A DNA stretch of 62,969 nucleotides, the filler included, from Octopus bimaculoides (Eukaryota): assembly GCF_001194135.2 (NCBI RefSeq). It is 7 parts of 7 records of this genome, joined end to end, with 100 filler letters (N's around TTAATTAATTAA, not from the genome) between each part and the next. Parts side by side here need not be neighbours in the genome. Positions count along the whole stretch, not along the records: positions 44,671 to 56,969 come from NC_068988.1; positions 57,070 to 61,157 come from NC_069002.1; positions 61,258 to 62,969 come from NC_069005.1; 4 more parts are not named here. One strand, 5' to 3'. Of this stretch, positions 52,487 through 62,969 are shown one piece after another. The notes under the pieces are model-generated. The model saw only the letters and a program-made list of their open reading frames with translations. It did not search any database and was not told the origin of the DNA. Position 1 is the stretch's first letter. Each line of letters begins with the position of its first letter. A program made the position numbers and the translations under genes.

Positions 52487-52930
52487 CTTTTCTACTCTAG
52501 ACACAAGACCCGAAATTTTGAGGGAGGGAGCCTGTTGATTAGATCAATTCGGTACGCAACTTGTACTTAATTTATCGACCCCAAAAGGGTTAAAGGCAAA
52601 GTCGACCTCGGTGGAATTTGAAATCAGAACATAAAGACAGACGAAATACCGCTAAGCATTTCGCCTGGTGTGCTAACGTTTCTGCCAGTTCACCGCCTTT
52701 AAATTAGAAATATTCTTTTCTACTCTAGGCACAAGGCCAGAAATTTTGAGGGGAGAGGGGACTAGTCGATTAGATTGACACCAGTTTGCAACTGGTACTT
52801 AATTTTTCGACCCCGAAAGGATGAAAGGCAAAGTCGACCTTAGCGGAATTTGAACTCAGAACATAAAGACAGACGAAATACCACTAAGCAATTCGCCCGG
52901 CATGCTAACGTTTCTGCCAGCTTACCGCCT
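52487..52930 (-). mobile_element. SINE family B head-to-tail dimer inserted in the hAT transposase
   Basis: Two full units flanked by a single perfect 12-bp TSD AATGTATATACT (52475-52486, 52936-52947). Confidence 0.9.
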
Positions 52931-53558
52931 TGGATAATGTATATACTGAATCCAACAAGATTTACAAACAGCAAAATCGAAGTTTCTCAAACAAGAACTT
53001 CGAAAAAAAGTTTTAAAAATGTTCAGACTGTGATGAGATCCTGGTTAGTTTACTCAAAGAGTAAACTCTTCTCTTACAACGGGTGGATTTTCTAATTGGA
53101 TGAATATACTTATAACTCTAGAAAATTATGAAGACAGCATGGAACATAACAGCGATGTTGAGCCGGCTAACACGAAAATCAAATAGAAACACTGTGGATC
53201 AGCAACTCGAGGAACAGTTGAGAAAAAAAACCTGCTGTACTATTTTGAAGTACTAAAAAGAGTTGCAACAGTTATAAAGTTTTTAAGTGAAAGAGGTTTA
53301 GCATTTAGAGGTCATGAAGAAAAGTGGGGCTCCCCAGACAATGGAAATTTCATGGGGGCCATTGAGCTAATTGCGGAGTTTGACCCATTTTTACATGAAC
53401 ATTTAGAGAAATGTAAAAATGAAAAAGTAAATATTACTTACCTATCCAAATCTGTGTGTGAAGAATTGATAGAAATCATGGGAAAACACGTGAAAGATGA
53501 GGTGATGAATCAAACACTACTCAATTATTGTTGACTCTACACCTGACATGATACATGT

Positions 53559-53772
53559 TCTTTTCTACTCTAGGCACAAGGCTCGAAATTTTTGGGGAGG
53601 TGGCCAGTCGATTAGATCGACCCGGTGCGCAACTGGTACCTAATTTATCGACCCCAAAAGGATGAAAGGCAAAGTTGACTTCGGCAGAATTTGAACTCAG
53701 TATGTAAAGACAGACGAAATACTGCTAAGTATTCCGCCCGGCATGCTAACTTTTCTGCCAGCTCACCGCTTT
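53559..53772 (-). mobile_element. SINE family B inserted in the hAT catalytic motif
   Basis: Full unit with a 15-bp TSD TGACATGATACATGT / TGACATGACATATGT (53544-53558, 53773-53787; 13/15 identical). Confidence 0.88.
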
Positions 53773-55539
53773 TGACATGACATATGTTGACCAGCTGGTA
53801 ATTGTGGTTTGATGCTGTTATAATGGAAAACCCTGTGAGAGATTTTTAGCATTTTTGCCAATAGAAAAAAAAACAAAAAACATTCGTCCACGACCTTGTT
53901 CAACAAAATAACAATTTCTGGGTGGGGGGAGGAGCATAAGCTTTCACTTGAAAATATCCGTGGTCAGTCGTACGATAATGCTTCCATAGTGAAGGGCTGC
54001 AAGCACTTCTTAAAAACATTAACAGATATGCAGACTATGTACCATGTGCAAGCCATTCACTCAACTTTGGTAAAAAAAAAAAAAAACAGTGTCTACTGTA
54101 CCTGACGTTGTTGACTATTTTGGCATCTTGCAGCAGCTGTATGTTTTCTTTTCTGAAACTCCTTGAAGATGGGGGATTTTGAACTCACAGGGAAATCTAG
54201 TCTTTTCTCTAAAGAGCCTAAGTGTAACTAGATGGTCTGCACACCATGAAGCAGGCTGGGCAATTAAAAATGGATATAGGGATATTTTACAAATTCTCAA
54301 ATGTATGTTTGAAAACTCAGAAGAGAAGCCTGAATGTAAGCGAGATGCAAAGAATTTATATCACGAGTTGGTAAAATTGGAATATGCTGTTTTAACAGTC
54401 GTTTGGGAAGAAGTTATGGAGCGTTTTAACAAAACAAGTAAGAAACTCCAAACCCTGGGTTCTGATGTATTTGAAGATTACTTTCTGTTAGCCTCATTGC
54501 TTTCATTTACTAAAGAACTACGAGAAAATTCAGTCGACAGGAATGCACACTATGAATCAGTAGCAAAAGGTTTATGTGAATATATCACCTCAAGTTATTC
54601 TGATGTTTTCAAACGCACTGTTACAAAGAAATTTGCAGATGGAACAAGTGATAGGGCTTCTTTGAAAGGGGCTGAAAAATATAGCATAGAAGTTCTAAAT
54701 CAAGTCTATGACTGCTTGATAATTCAATTAAGCAAGAGGATTGAGCCATATGAACAGATTGCGAAAAGGTTCAAGTTTCTCTCAGAATTGATGAACAATT
54801 CAGAATTTGACGAGAACAGTATCAAACTTGTAATATAACATTACAAAGACAATATTGACCACAAATTAATAAATTAGTGTTATCAGTTTAAAAAGTAGTT
54901 ACACCTTAGAAAATCCCGGAATACAGAAGAAAACACACCATCTAAAATGCATTGCACAGAAGTTCTTCAGCTTATTTATGAACAACAATTAATTGAAGTG
55001 TCCCCCAATATTACCGATTATCAACTGGTATACCGAGCCTGGTTGGTTTTCTTTCCACTGTCTAAATGTTTTTGCAAATATGGAATGAAAGTTTGAAGAA
55101 ACACTTATCCTTATGTTTTTTTGTTTAAAAATGTTATGAATGACACGTGCGAAAACGGCTACTTCAAGCGCCACAAACTCCATACAATTGAAGTCATGAA
55201 ATTGCGTCATTGTTTAAGCAATGTTCCAAAATGATATTTTTAAGTATTGCTTTTAATGAATACTTTTAATGTTTTCAAAAACAGTGAGTGTATATGCGTG
55301 TGTTCATTTTGCAAGCGCCTGTGTTGAGGAGTACATATATACACATCTACTTTCATAGATGCACAGAATTAAATATTCATGTATACATACATGTATACAT
55401 ATGTATATATGCTAATATACATATACTCGCATATTGACACGCACCCACACGTATTGAAACATATCAATTAATTGAAATATACATATACATATATTAATTA
55501 AATATTTCAAAACCAATGTTTTTTCTTGAACCAGATCGA

Positions 55540-55830
55540 AATTCTTGGAGGCTTGTTTTTGCGTAACAGATACTTAGCCGGATGAATACAATGCGTTAAC
55601 AGCTCATTTCTTTTGTTAAAAATTTATTGGTACCTTGAGTCAAATTCTTAGTTCTTCGTTCAAACAAAGGTCGCACCGCATCTTTGATTTGAAGCTCCCG
55701 TTTCTGTATGGTTGCGCATTATCTGCAAGAGATCACGTAATTTGGAATACGTGAGGACTTGTCTCACACAAGGGCCATATAAGCTTCGACGAAGCCGAAG
55801 CACATTTTTGGTCGAGGTTGACAAATGAAT
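55540..55830 (-). mobile_element. Penelope-like element, GIY-YIG C-terminal fragment
   Basis: With frameshifts, the minus strand reads SKLIWPL...PYRNGSFKSKMRCDLCLNEELRI...NKRNELLTHCIHPAKYLL, paralleling the end of the 40560-42560 ORF. Confidence 0.55.
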
Positions 55831-56402
55831 GTTTATGTGTGTAATAATGGTTTTTGAATGTGAGTTCCGTTACCCCAATCTATGTTTTAGGTTGTTCTCT
55901 GCTGTTTATGTATGTATGTATGTATGTATGTATGTATGTATGTATGTATGTATGTATGTATGTGTGTGCGTGTGTGTGCGTGTGTGTGTGTGTGTGTGAG
56001 TGTATACACACACAAACATGTATACACACATACACACACACACACACACACACGAAGCATGCGCAAGCTCACATATACACGACGCACTCATGCGCGCTCA
56101 CACACATATGTATAAGTCTGTTGTGTATTTGTACTATTGTTGTTATTGTTTAGCTTCATAACAGACCTGAAATCAAATGTGGTCCGATTGTGACTATCCC
56201 GGCTTTTTGTTTATCAATAACTCTGTTGTCCTATGTATTCATCTTTAGGTGAGGCTTTCTTTGGCTTTTATTTCTAAAAGGCCTAGCGACAACGTTGACG
56301 CTCCCTCATTGCCTCGTCTGTTTGGGATTCTGTGAATATCTGTGTGCATGTGTATGGATACGGGTATACTGACAATCAAAGCAGAAAAATAACTGACTAA
56401 AT

Positions 56403-56596
56403 CAGTGGCTCACAAACTTTTTTTACGCACGGCGCACCTTACAAGAAGCCAAAATATTTTGGCGCACTTTGTACATAAATTCTAAAATTTATTCAAAAGG
56501 GATTTTATACATATTAGCGTAGCATAAACTATATATTGTAATATACAGATAATTAAAAATACAGAAAAACTGCATGTACTTACTCTTTATTCAATA
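56403..56596. mobile_element. hAT-type MITE left end, interrupted by a Helitron
   Basis: Begins CAGTGGCTCACAAACTTTTT (Charlie-like TIR); the other end is not visible. Confidence 0.45.
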
Positions 56597-56969
56597 CTAG
56601 CAGTATAACCCGACCTTGTCGGGGGTGTAACTTATTACGCCATCTACGATAAGTCTTGCTAGGTGAAAATCAACTAAAAAAGACAGCCTTACAACGAAAA
56701 AACCCTTATGATGTAAATATGTTCATAATTCAAAAGACGATGAAATTGATAGGGAAAGTCTGAAGGCTGTTTTGCGTAACATTATTAAGCGTACGTAAAT
56801 TTCATCCATCTAATTGGCTATAGAAATGCTTGTGCAAAACAACTTTTTGCGCTGCCCTGATTATACATAGCAGGGTAATCCCTTTTCGCAGGAGCTAGGA
56901 CAGCAATTTGTGATGAAGCAATTGCTGGCGATCTGTTGCTACACAGTTTTGCCAGAATTCTATCAGATT
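56597..56969 (-). mobile_element. Helitron 3' portion (remainder in a gap)
   Basis: Minus-strand hairpin CCCGAC-AAG-GTCGGG then TTATACTGCTAG|T, the same terminus type as at 42839. Confidence 0.7.
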
Positions 56970-58112
56970 NNNNNNNNNNNNNNNNNNNNNNNNNNNNNNN
57001 NNNNNNNNNNNNNTTAATTAATTAANNNNNNNNNNNNNNNNNNNNNNNNNNNNNNNNNNNNNNNNNNNNTATGTAAGTCTGTGTGCGCGTAAGTGTGTGT
57101 AAGTCTGTGTGATTGCTGGTTATTGAAGGTTCAGTATGGTAGTCGTGAATTTCCAAGTTTTTCAAGTTACTATATGGACTTAATGCTTGTTGTGTTAGAC
57201 TGATATACGTCGCTAATTTTGATGTGGAAGCGAACGTTTAATTCGGCACACACGAATAAACACTTAAAGGAGGGAGTTTTGTGTATCATATCAACAGCAA
57301 TTCTATCAATCAACTGAACAAGAGTTTTTTTTTCAATCATTTCAAATTTATAAAATCTAGAAGCAAAACCGATAAGAGGGCTATTACAGCAGTAGCGTTC
57401 GTTTATACTTTCAAAGATCGCAATAGCTACATATCATTTGAAACTTCCTCCTATCATTACAAATAAGTTAGTTTATAAAACTAAAGAAACAAACTACTTT
57501 TGATGATGGCGAACGAAATCAGAAACGATTGCGTATTTCCTATAACGTAATTGCAATGCCGACAAACACGGAAAGGACCGAAATAACATAGCCTATATTT
57601 ACCATTGTGGCAGACGATCGCTCCGATGATCCATTGAAATTTGTATTTCTAATCAATCATTTTGAGTGGAATTAAACTGGTTTCTAATCATATGTAATTA
57701 AGATTAAAATTACTCCAAATTAACACCTTCAGAACGTTACAAATAACATCGAAGTCTTCGACAAGAAGCAAGAAAGATCGAGTTAATGAAATGATTTATT
57801 TGAAGCTTGGAGAGACATACAAGTGGTCTTAGCTTGAATTCATTCATGTGTCACCCTAAAGCAAGTAAAACCACTCAAAATATCTGAGATGTGTGCAGTG
57901 ATTAATATTTGACTAGTCTCATATTTTGATATTATCTACAAGCGCAAAAAGCAGCTGTTAAAATGCCGAAAAGGTTCGACTTCCCCCATTTTACTTCAAT
58001 CATTCTCTAATGAATGAGATAACACTCTTTAACGTGACGTTGAACACGAACAAATTGTTTAAAGAAAACAGTGAAAATCTCAATAATCATTTGTCGAGTA
58101 ATTACATAGAAT

Positions 58113-58341
58113 AGGTGCCAGTGTGGCGTGTGGTCAGAAGATTTCTTTACAACCATGTAGGTTCAGTCCCACTGCACGGCACCTTGGGCAAGTGTCTTAT
58201 ACGTACTATAGCCCTGGGCGACCAAAGCTTGCGAGTAAATTTAGTAAGACGGAAACTGAAAGAAGCCTATCGTACACACGCGCACACACACACATGCACA
58301 CACACACATGCACACACATGTATATATATATATATATACAC

Positions 58342-58374
<33 letters not shown>

Positions 58375-58650
58375 TGTATGTATGTATGTATGCATGTGTA
58401 TGTGCGCGCGTGTGTTTGTGTGTTTGTGTGTTTGTGTTCGTGTTTGTCCTCCCCACACCACTTGGCAACCGCTGTTGGTTTGCTTACGTCTTCGTAATTT
58501 AGCGATTCGGTAAAAAAAAAAAGGCTGATAGAATAAGAGCCAGGTTTACAAATAAGCATTGGGGTCGATTTGTTCGACAAAACCCTTCAAAGCGGTGCTC
58601 CAGCATGGACGCAGTCCAAAGACTGAAACAAATAAAAGAAGAAGACATAA
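58113..58650 (+). mobile_element. SINE family A, full length, with an expanded internal microsatellite
   Basis: Head ...GGTTCAGTCCCACTGCACGGCACCTTGGGCAAGTGTC..., a ~170-bp (CA)/(TA)/(TATG)/(TG) insert, then the 3' body and tail. Confidence 0.85.
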
Positions 58651-58739
58651 AAGTGACGGATATTTTTGGTTTAGTTTGGAATTGGTGTGGCAGTATGTAA
58701 CCTATATTTTGACTAACATGACATGACATCCAGAGGGAT

Positions 58740-59316
58740 GACGATTGGGGAGAAAGGACTGGTAAAATGTGGTTAGCAAAGGAATGATTGGTAAAGGTGG
58801 TTAGGACCGAAGGCGGAGGTGGTGCCGAGAAGTACACTGACGAGTGGGTTAGGCGTGCCTGGGTGGTGGAGGTACGAGATTAACTAGCTCTGAGGAACTG
58901 GGGTCATTGTAGTAGCAAAGACAGAAAAAGACCCCAAAAGACAAAATGCTGAGAGAGCATGCCCGTGAGCTGGAGGGGCTGGAGTGTGTCAGTCAATCGA
59001 GAGGTTTTTCTCTGGATGCGATACCGGATGCCTATATACGTAACAGCAATAGCGGCAGCAGTCGCACCGTGCAAGATGTGGACGCATTATTCCATCGTGG
59101 GCCTTACTTCAACCTTGCACAATGGCTAGCAGAGACAACACTTCATTTTCCAAAGTACATTAGAACTAACTGAGGAACGTAATGGTTATCGCCAGTAGCG
59201 CAGCCGATGGAGGCTGACTACCCCAGACGACACTTTTACGGAAGCGGCACTTGTAGGCCTGTATATGGGGCAGGAGAAACCGGGAAGGGAGGACTAACTG
59301 AAGCGCCACCCCAGGT
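58740..59316 (+). promoter_or_regulatory. Candidate Pol II promoter and first exon
   Basis: Two reverse CCAAT boxes, a GC box (AGGCGGAGG), TATATA at 59033, an Inr-like GCAGTC at ~59060, ~50% GC, and a CAG|GTAACA donor at 59314/59315. Motif-based only. Confidence 0.3.
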
Positions 59317-59915
59317 AACATACAACCTAGTTACGTCACTGCTCAACCCTTTCAAAAATAAGGCAATGTGCCGAACCGCTGAAAAACAACAACAACCCCC
59401 TCCCCACAAAAAAATAATAACAAACCTAATCGTGGTGAGTATTTATGTTATGAGGAAGCGAAAGTTGGGTAATGAAGCGAATCGTTTTCCCGCTTTATTA
59501 TTTGTGGACGAAAGGTTATGAGAAAATTTATCAAAAGATCGGGATTCTAATTTATTTTCATGGCAGTTTAATTTTTGGCAAAGGTTCGGTGAGTTGATTA
59601 GTAGATGGAAATAGAAAAATATGTTGCCGTTGAAATATATTTCTATGAAGGAAGCTAGTCGAGATTTCTGCTTGATTAGTTGCGGTCGACCGCCAGACAT
59701 TGTTTTAAAATTGAATAAAACCGAAAAGGAAGGAAAGTAAATAAAGGATGTTCAGACTAAAAATATAGAAACGGCAGCGGCAACCGCAACAACAACAACA
59801 ACGTAGTTTGAATTAATAAAAAGAAGAAGAAAAAAGAAGAAAAAGAAGAAGAGCAATAACAACAACACCACCAAAAACAACAATAACAACAACAACAACG
59901 TTATGACTAGAGAAT

Positions 59916-60377
59916 TACTCTTTTACTCTTTTACTCTATTACTTGTTTCAGTAATTTGACTACGGCCATGCTGGAGCACCGCCCTTTAGTCGAGCAAATC
60001 GACCCCAAGACTTATTCTTTGTAAGCCTAGTACTTATTCTATCGGTCTCTTTTGCCGAACCGCTAGTTTACGGGGACGTAAACACACCAGCATCGGTTGT
60101 CAAGCGATGTTGTGGGGGGGGGGGAAACANNNNNNNNNNNNNNNNNNNNGGGGGGGGGGGGAAACACAGACACAGACACACACACACACACACATATATA
60201 TATACATATATACGACGGGCTTCTTTCAGGTTCCGTCTACCAAATCCACTCAGAAGACTTTGGTCGGCCTGAGGCTATAGTAGAAGACACTTTCCCAAGG
60301 TGCCACGCAGTGGGACTGAACCCGGAACCATGTGGTTTGTAAGCAAGCTACTTACCACACAGCCACTCCTACGCCTA
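59916..60377 (-). mobile_element. SINE family A, full length, young
   Basis: Near-identical head to 60944-61105; tail (AAAAGAGT)n; internal G-run/gap/(CA)(TA). Confidence 0.9.
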
Positions 60378-60943
60378 TATAACTTCTGAAGTTAACCTTC
60401 ATATGATAAATAACTTAATAAAAATACTTTTGCCCCCATGGGTATTATCAAGAAATATAGTATTTCTAGTGTGTTTACGTTCCCGTAACCTTAGCGGGGC
60501 TAAAATTCTCCAAGATGGTGCCCCAGTTTGGCCACAGTCTAATGGCTGAAACAAATAAAAAGTAAAGATAAAAGATAAAAGATATAATAATTGTAAATTA
60601 GTTATAAGTATTTCTTAAGACCGAGGCACATCAACATGTAAGACGCCAGAAAATGGCTAGGTACAAACACATAGGGCTTACAGTGAAATAAAACAACATT
60701 GTAGACTTCAAGTGCTGGCAGGATGCGGTAGATATACAGGCACTAAATCCAATTTGTAACCATCGGTCCGACTCACCAGTGGATCCTTGGTGTGGCGTAG
60801 GTATAAAATAGAAAACACGAATTGACTTTTAAAGTTGGTTTGGCTGAATTTTATTTAATGTAGTCATAAAAGACAAATGTTGGTTCTGTCCAGGGTCAAC
60901 AGTTTAAAATATTATCTGATGATGGTGGATTATATATTATTAC

Positions 60944-61105
60944 AGGAGTGGCTGTGTGGTAAGTAGCTTGCTTACGAACCACATGGTTCCGGGTTCAGTC
61001 CCACTGCGTGGCACCTTGGGCAAGTGTCTTCTACTATAGCCTCGGGCCGACCAGAGCCTTGTGAGTGGATTTGGTAGACGGAAACTGAAAGAAGCCCGTT
61101 GTATA
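60944..61105 (+). mobile_element. SINE family A 5' half (rest in microsatellite/gap)
   Basis: AGGAGTGGCTGTGTGGTAAGTAGCTTGC...GGTTCCGGGTTCAGTCCC with A and B boxes. Confidence 0.9.
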
Positions 61106-61457
61106 TATGTATATATATATATGTATATATATATATGTATATATATATATGTATGTGNNNNNNNNNNNNNNNNNNNNNNNNNNNNNNNNNNNNNNNNNNN
61201 NTTAATTAATTAANNNNNNNNNNNNNNNNNNNNNNNNNNNNNNNNNNNNNNNNNNNNCTGTGAGAAAGGTGGTGGTGGTGGGGGATCTACAGATCACTTA
61301 CAAATCTGAAATTGACTGACACACACATTAAAGAAGATAAAAAAGAAACACTGTAGCCTACTTCACATATATTTATTTTTATATATATTTTTGTTTTTAT
61401 ATATAAATAAAAGCTTGTGTGTGTGTGTGTGTGTGTATGTGTGTGTGTGTGTGTGTG

Positions 61458-61628
61458 AGGTGCAGGCATGACTCTGCCATTGAGAAACTTGCTTCCTAAC
61501 CCTGTGATCTTGGGTTCAGTCTCACTGTATGGCACCTTGGGCGGCAAGGACCTTTCACTATTAGTCGCAGGCTGACCAAAACTGTGTGAGTGGATTCAAT
61601 TGATGGAAACTGAAAGAAGCCTGTTGTA
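61458..61628 (+). mobile_element. Degraded SINE family A 5' half
   Basis: GGGTTCAGTCTCACTGTATGGCACCTTGGGC...GGAAACTGAAAGAAGCCTG. Confidence 0.7.
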
Positions 61629-61959
61629 CAGGGTGTCCACAAAGTTTGGGTTAAGAACCATTGACTTAACCCATCATCTGGTTAACCCCCACCACCTGGT
61701 CCTTGGGTGCTTTAGCCGAGCTTACTCTGAAGCAATCATTTGAGCCAGGTTACTGGTTTAAGGATCCATTTCTCCCTTCTTCCCATTATTCTTGTAGGCC
61801 TCTATACAGATTCATGGGCACTGCCATCTCTCTTGGCTAAAAAATTAAAAAGATAAAAGTCAATATTTGTGAAACGTAGTTTATCTAAGGCTTTGGGGAC
61901 CTATTTGGCTACTGCTCCTACCAATTTGAGGAACTTTGTGGCGGTTCCTTTGTTGGCCT

Positions 61960-62395
61960 GGGCTTCTTTGGTTGAATTTTTGAACAAGTTTTGAGGGCTA
62001 GGATAAGGATAGTTTTTAGTGAATTTAAGGGGCTGGTAGACAATTTTGAGTTTTAGGAGCTTGTAGGGATATTTTTCAGTGAGTTTTAGGAATTGGCAAG
62101 GAAAATTTTGAGTGTGTTTTTGTGAGCTGGAAGGGGTAATTTTGAAGGAGCTTTAGGGGTAATTCTAGTGAGTTTTGTGGGCTGGAAGGGGTAATTTTGA
62201 GTGAGTTTTAGGAATTTGCAAGGATAATTTTGAGTGTGTTTGGTGGGGCTAGAAGTGATAATTTAGAAAGAGCCTTAGGGGTTAGTAGGAAATATTGAGT
62301 GAGTTTAAGGGGCGAGTAGGGGTAATTTTAGTGAGTTTTGTGGGCTGGTGGGGAATTTTGAGTTTTGGGGATTAGTAAGGATAATTTTCTTGGTA
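61960..62395. repeat. Degenerate GT-rich minisatellite (~30-35-bp units)
   Basis: Recurrent TAATTTTGAGTGAGTTTTAGG/GGGCTGGAAGGGG units. Confidence 0.6.
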
Positions 62396-62930
62396 TTTCT
62401 TTAGCATTGTTGAAATGCTAGTAATGTTGTAAGATATTGTAATTCTCTGTAAGAACGAGAAAAGAAATAGAACAATGCCAACCAACCAGCCAGCCAGCCA
62501 ACCAGCCACACGGACATTCAGTGGTGCACACTATAATTGCATGTGAGAAGAAGAAGAAGAAAGTTTTATAATTACAAGATGATACAAATAATTGTGAAGA
62601 TATAATTAACTCCGGTCATTAAACATCAGATCTGCTATTTCCTCTCAGTGAACCGAGTTGTTACATCTAGTCACTTAGTACATTAATAGTCCACCATGTC
62701 TCCACGGTACCTTCATGCATGCCGCCTCTTTGATAGGACATCCATTTCCTTCTCTCTCTCTCTCTCTGTTGGTCTCTCTTTCCCTCTTGTTTATTCATGT
62801 GTCCCTCTCCCTCTCCTCTCTCTGTTTTGGTCTCTTGCACTTACAACCTCTCATTCTCTGTGTGTGTGTGTGTAAATGTGTTTGTGTATGTATTCTATCC
62901 AAATGTGTGTGTTTGTATGTATGTTTATAA

Positions 62931-62969
<39 letters not shown>

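Larger units (their letters stand above)
51405..55015 (+). mobile_element. Decayed hAT transposon with a ZMYM1-like/DUF4371-type transposase pseudogene (start ATG ~52053), interrupted by SINEs; 3' end not found
   Basis: Probable 5' TIR CAGTGGCAGATCT with GGGCCCC subterminal repeats. Motifs: IKFLSERGLAFRGH...GNFMGAIELIAEFDPFLHEHL...YLSKSVCEELI; SIIVDSTPDM..VDQL; IRGQSYDNAS; SLKSLSVTRWS; IEVSPNI. Multiple stops and frameshifts. The 5' boundary is less certain than the transposase call. Confidence 0.85.

Noticed and set aside
60944-61020. tRNA-like heads (also at 29013 and 31732) as tRNA genes
   Set aside because: Each continues into a SINE body shared by several copies, and I could not fold a convincing cloverleaf.
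61627-61650. TA-CAGGGTGTCCACAAAG as a Tc1/mariner terminus
   Set aside because: No matching opposite TIR or transposase within the window.
172-62930. Most ORFs in the six-frame track (poly-CV, YI, HT, poly-I/L/N and X-rich)
   Set aside because: They are translations of microsatellites or N-gaps and are not evidence of genes.

Overview
AT-rich eukaryotic (animal) genomic DNA with many microsatellites and N-gaps. The repeat landscape suggests an octopus/cephalopod draft assembly; this is my inference, not a database result. I can support no intact host protein-coding gene, rRNA, bona fide tRNA or CRISPR array, and almost all ORFs in the track are microsatellite or N-gap artefacts. The window is a transposon graveyard. 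It holds four tRNA-derived SINE families, two R4/Dong-type RLE LINEs at (TAA)n, three Tx1/L1-type LINE pieces, two Penelope-like elements, two Helitrons, hAT elements and MITEs. A ~10-kb nested stack lies at 44.8-55.0 kb. The most interesting signals are: (i) a TIR family with a 9-bp TSD (Mutator-like) whose TIRs carry an octamer plus CCAAT module and whose two copies have unrelated interiors; (ii) three or four hammerhead-ribozyme-like folds, one just upstream of a Penelope ORF; (iii) a fold-back MITE with a central telomeric (TTAGGG)n tract; and (iv) a few weak candidate host promoters/exons. Six TTAATTAATTAA islands inside 100-bp gaps are artificial scaffold linkers.
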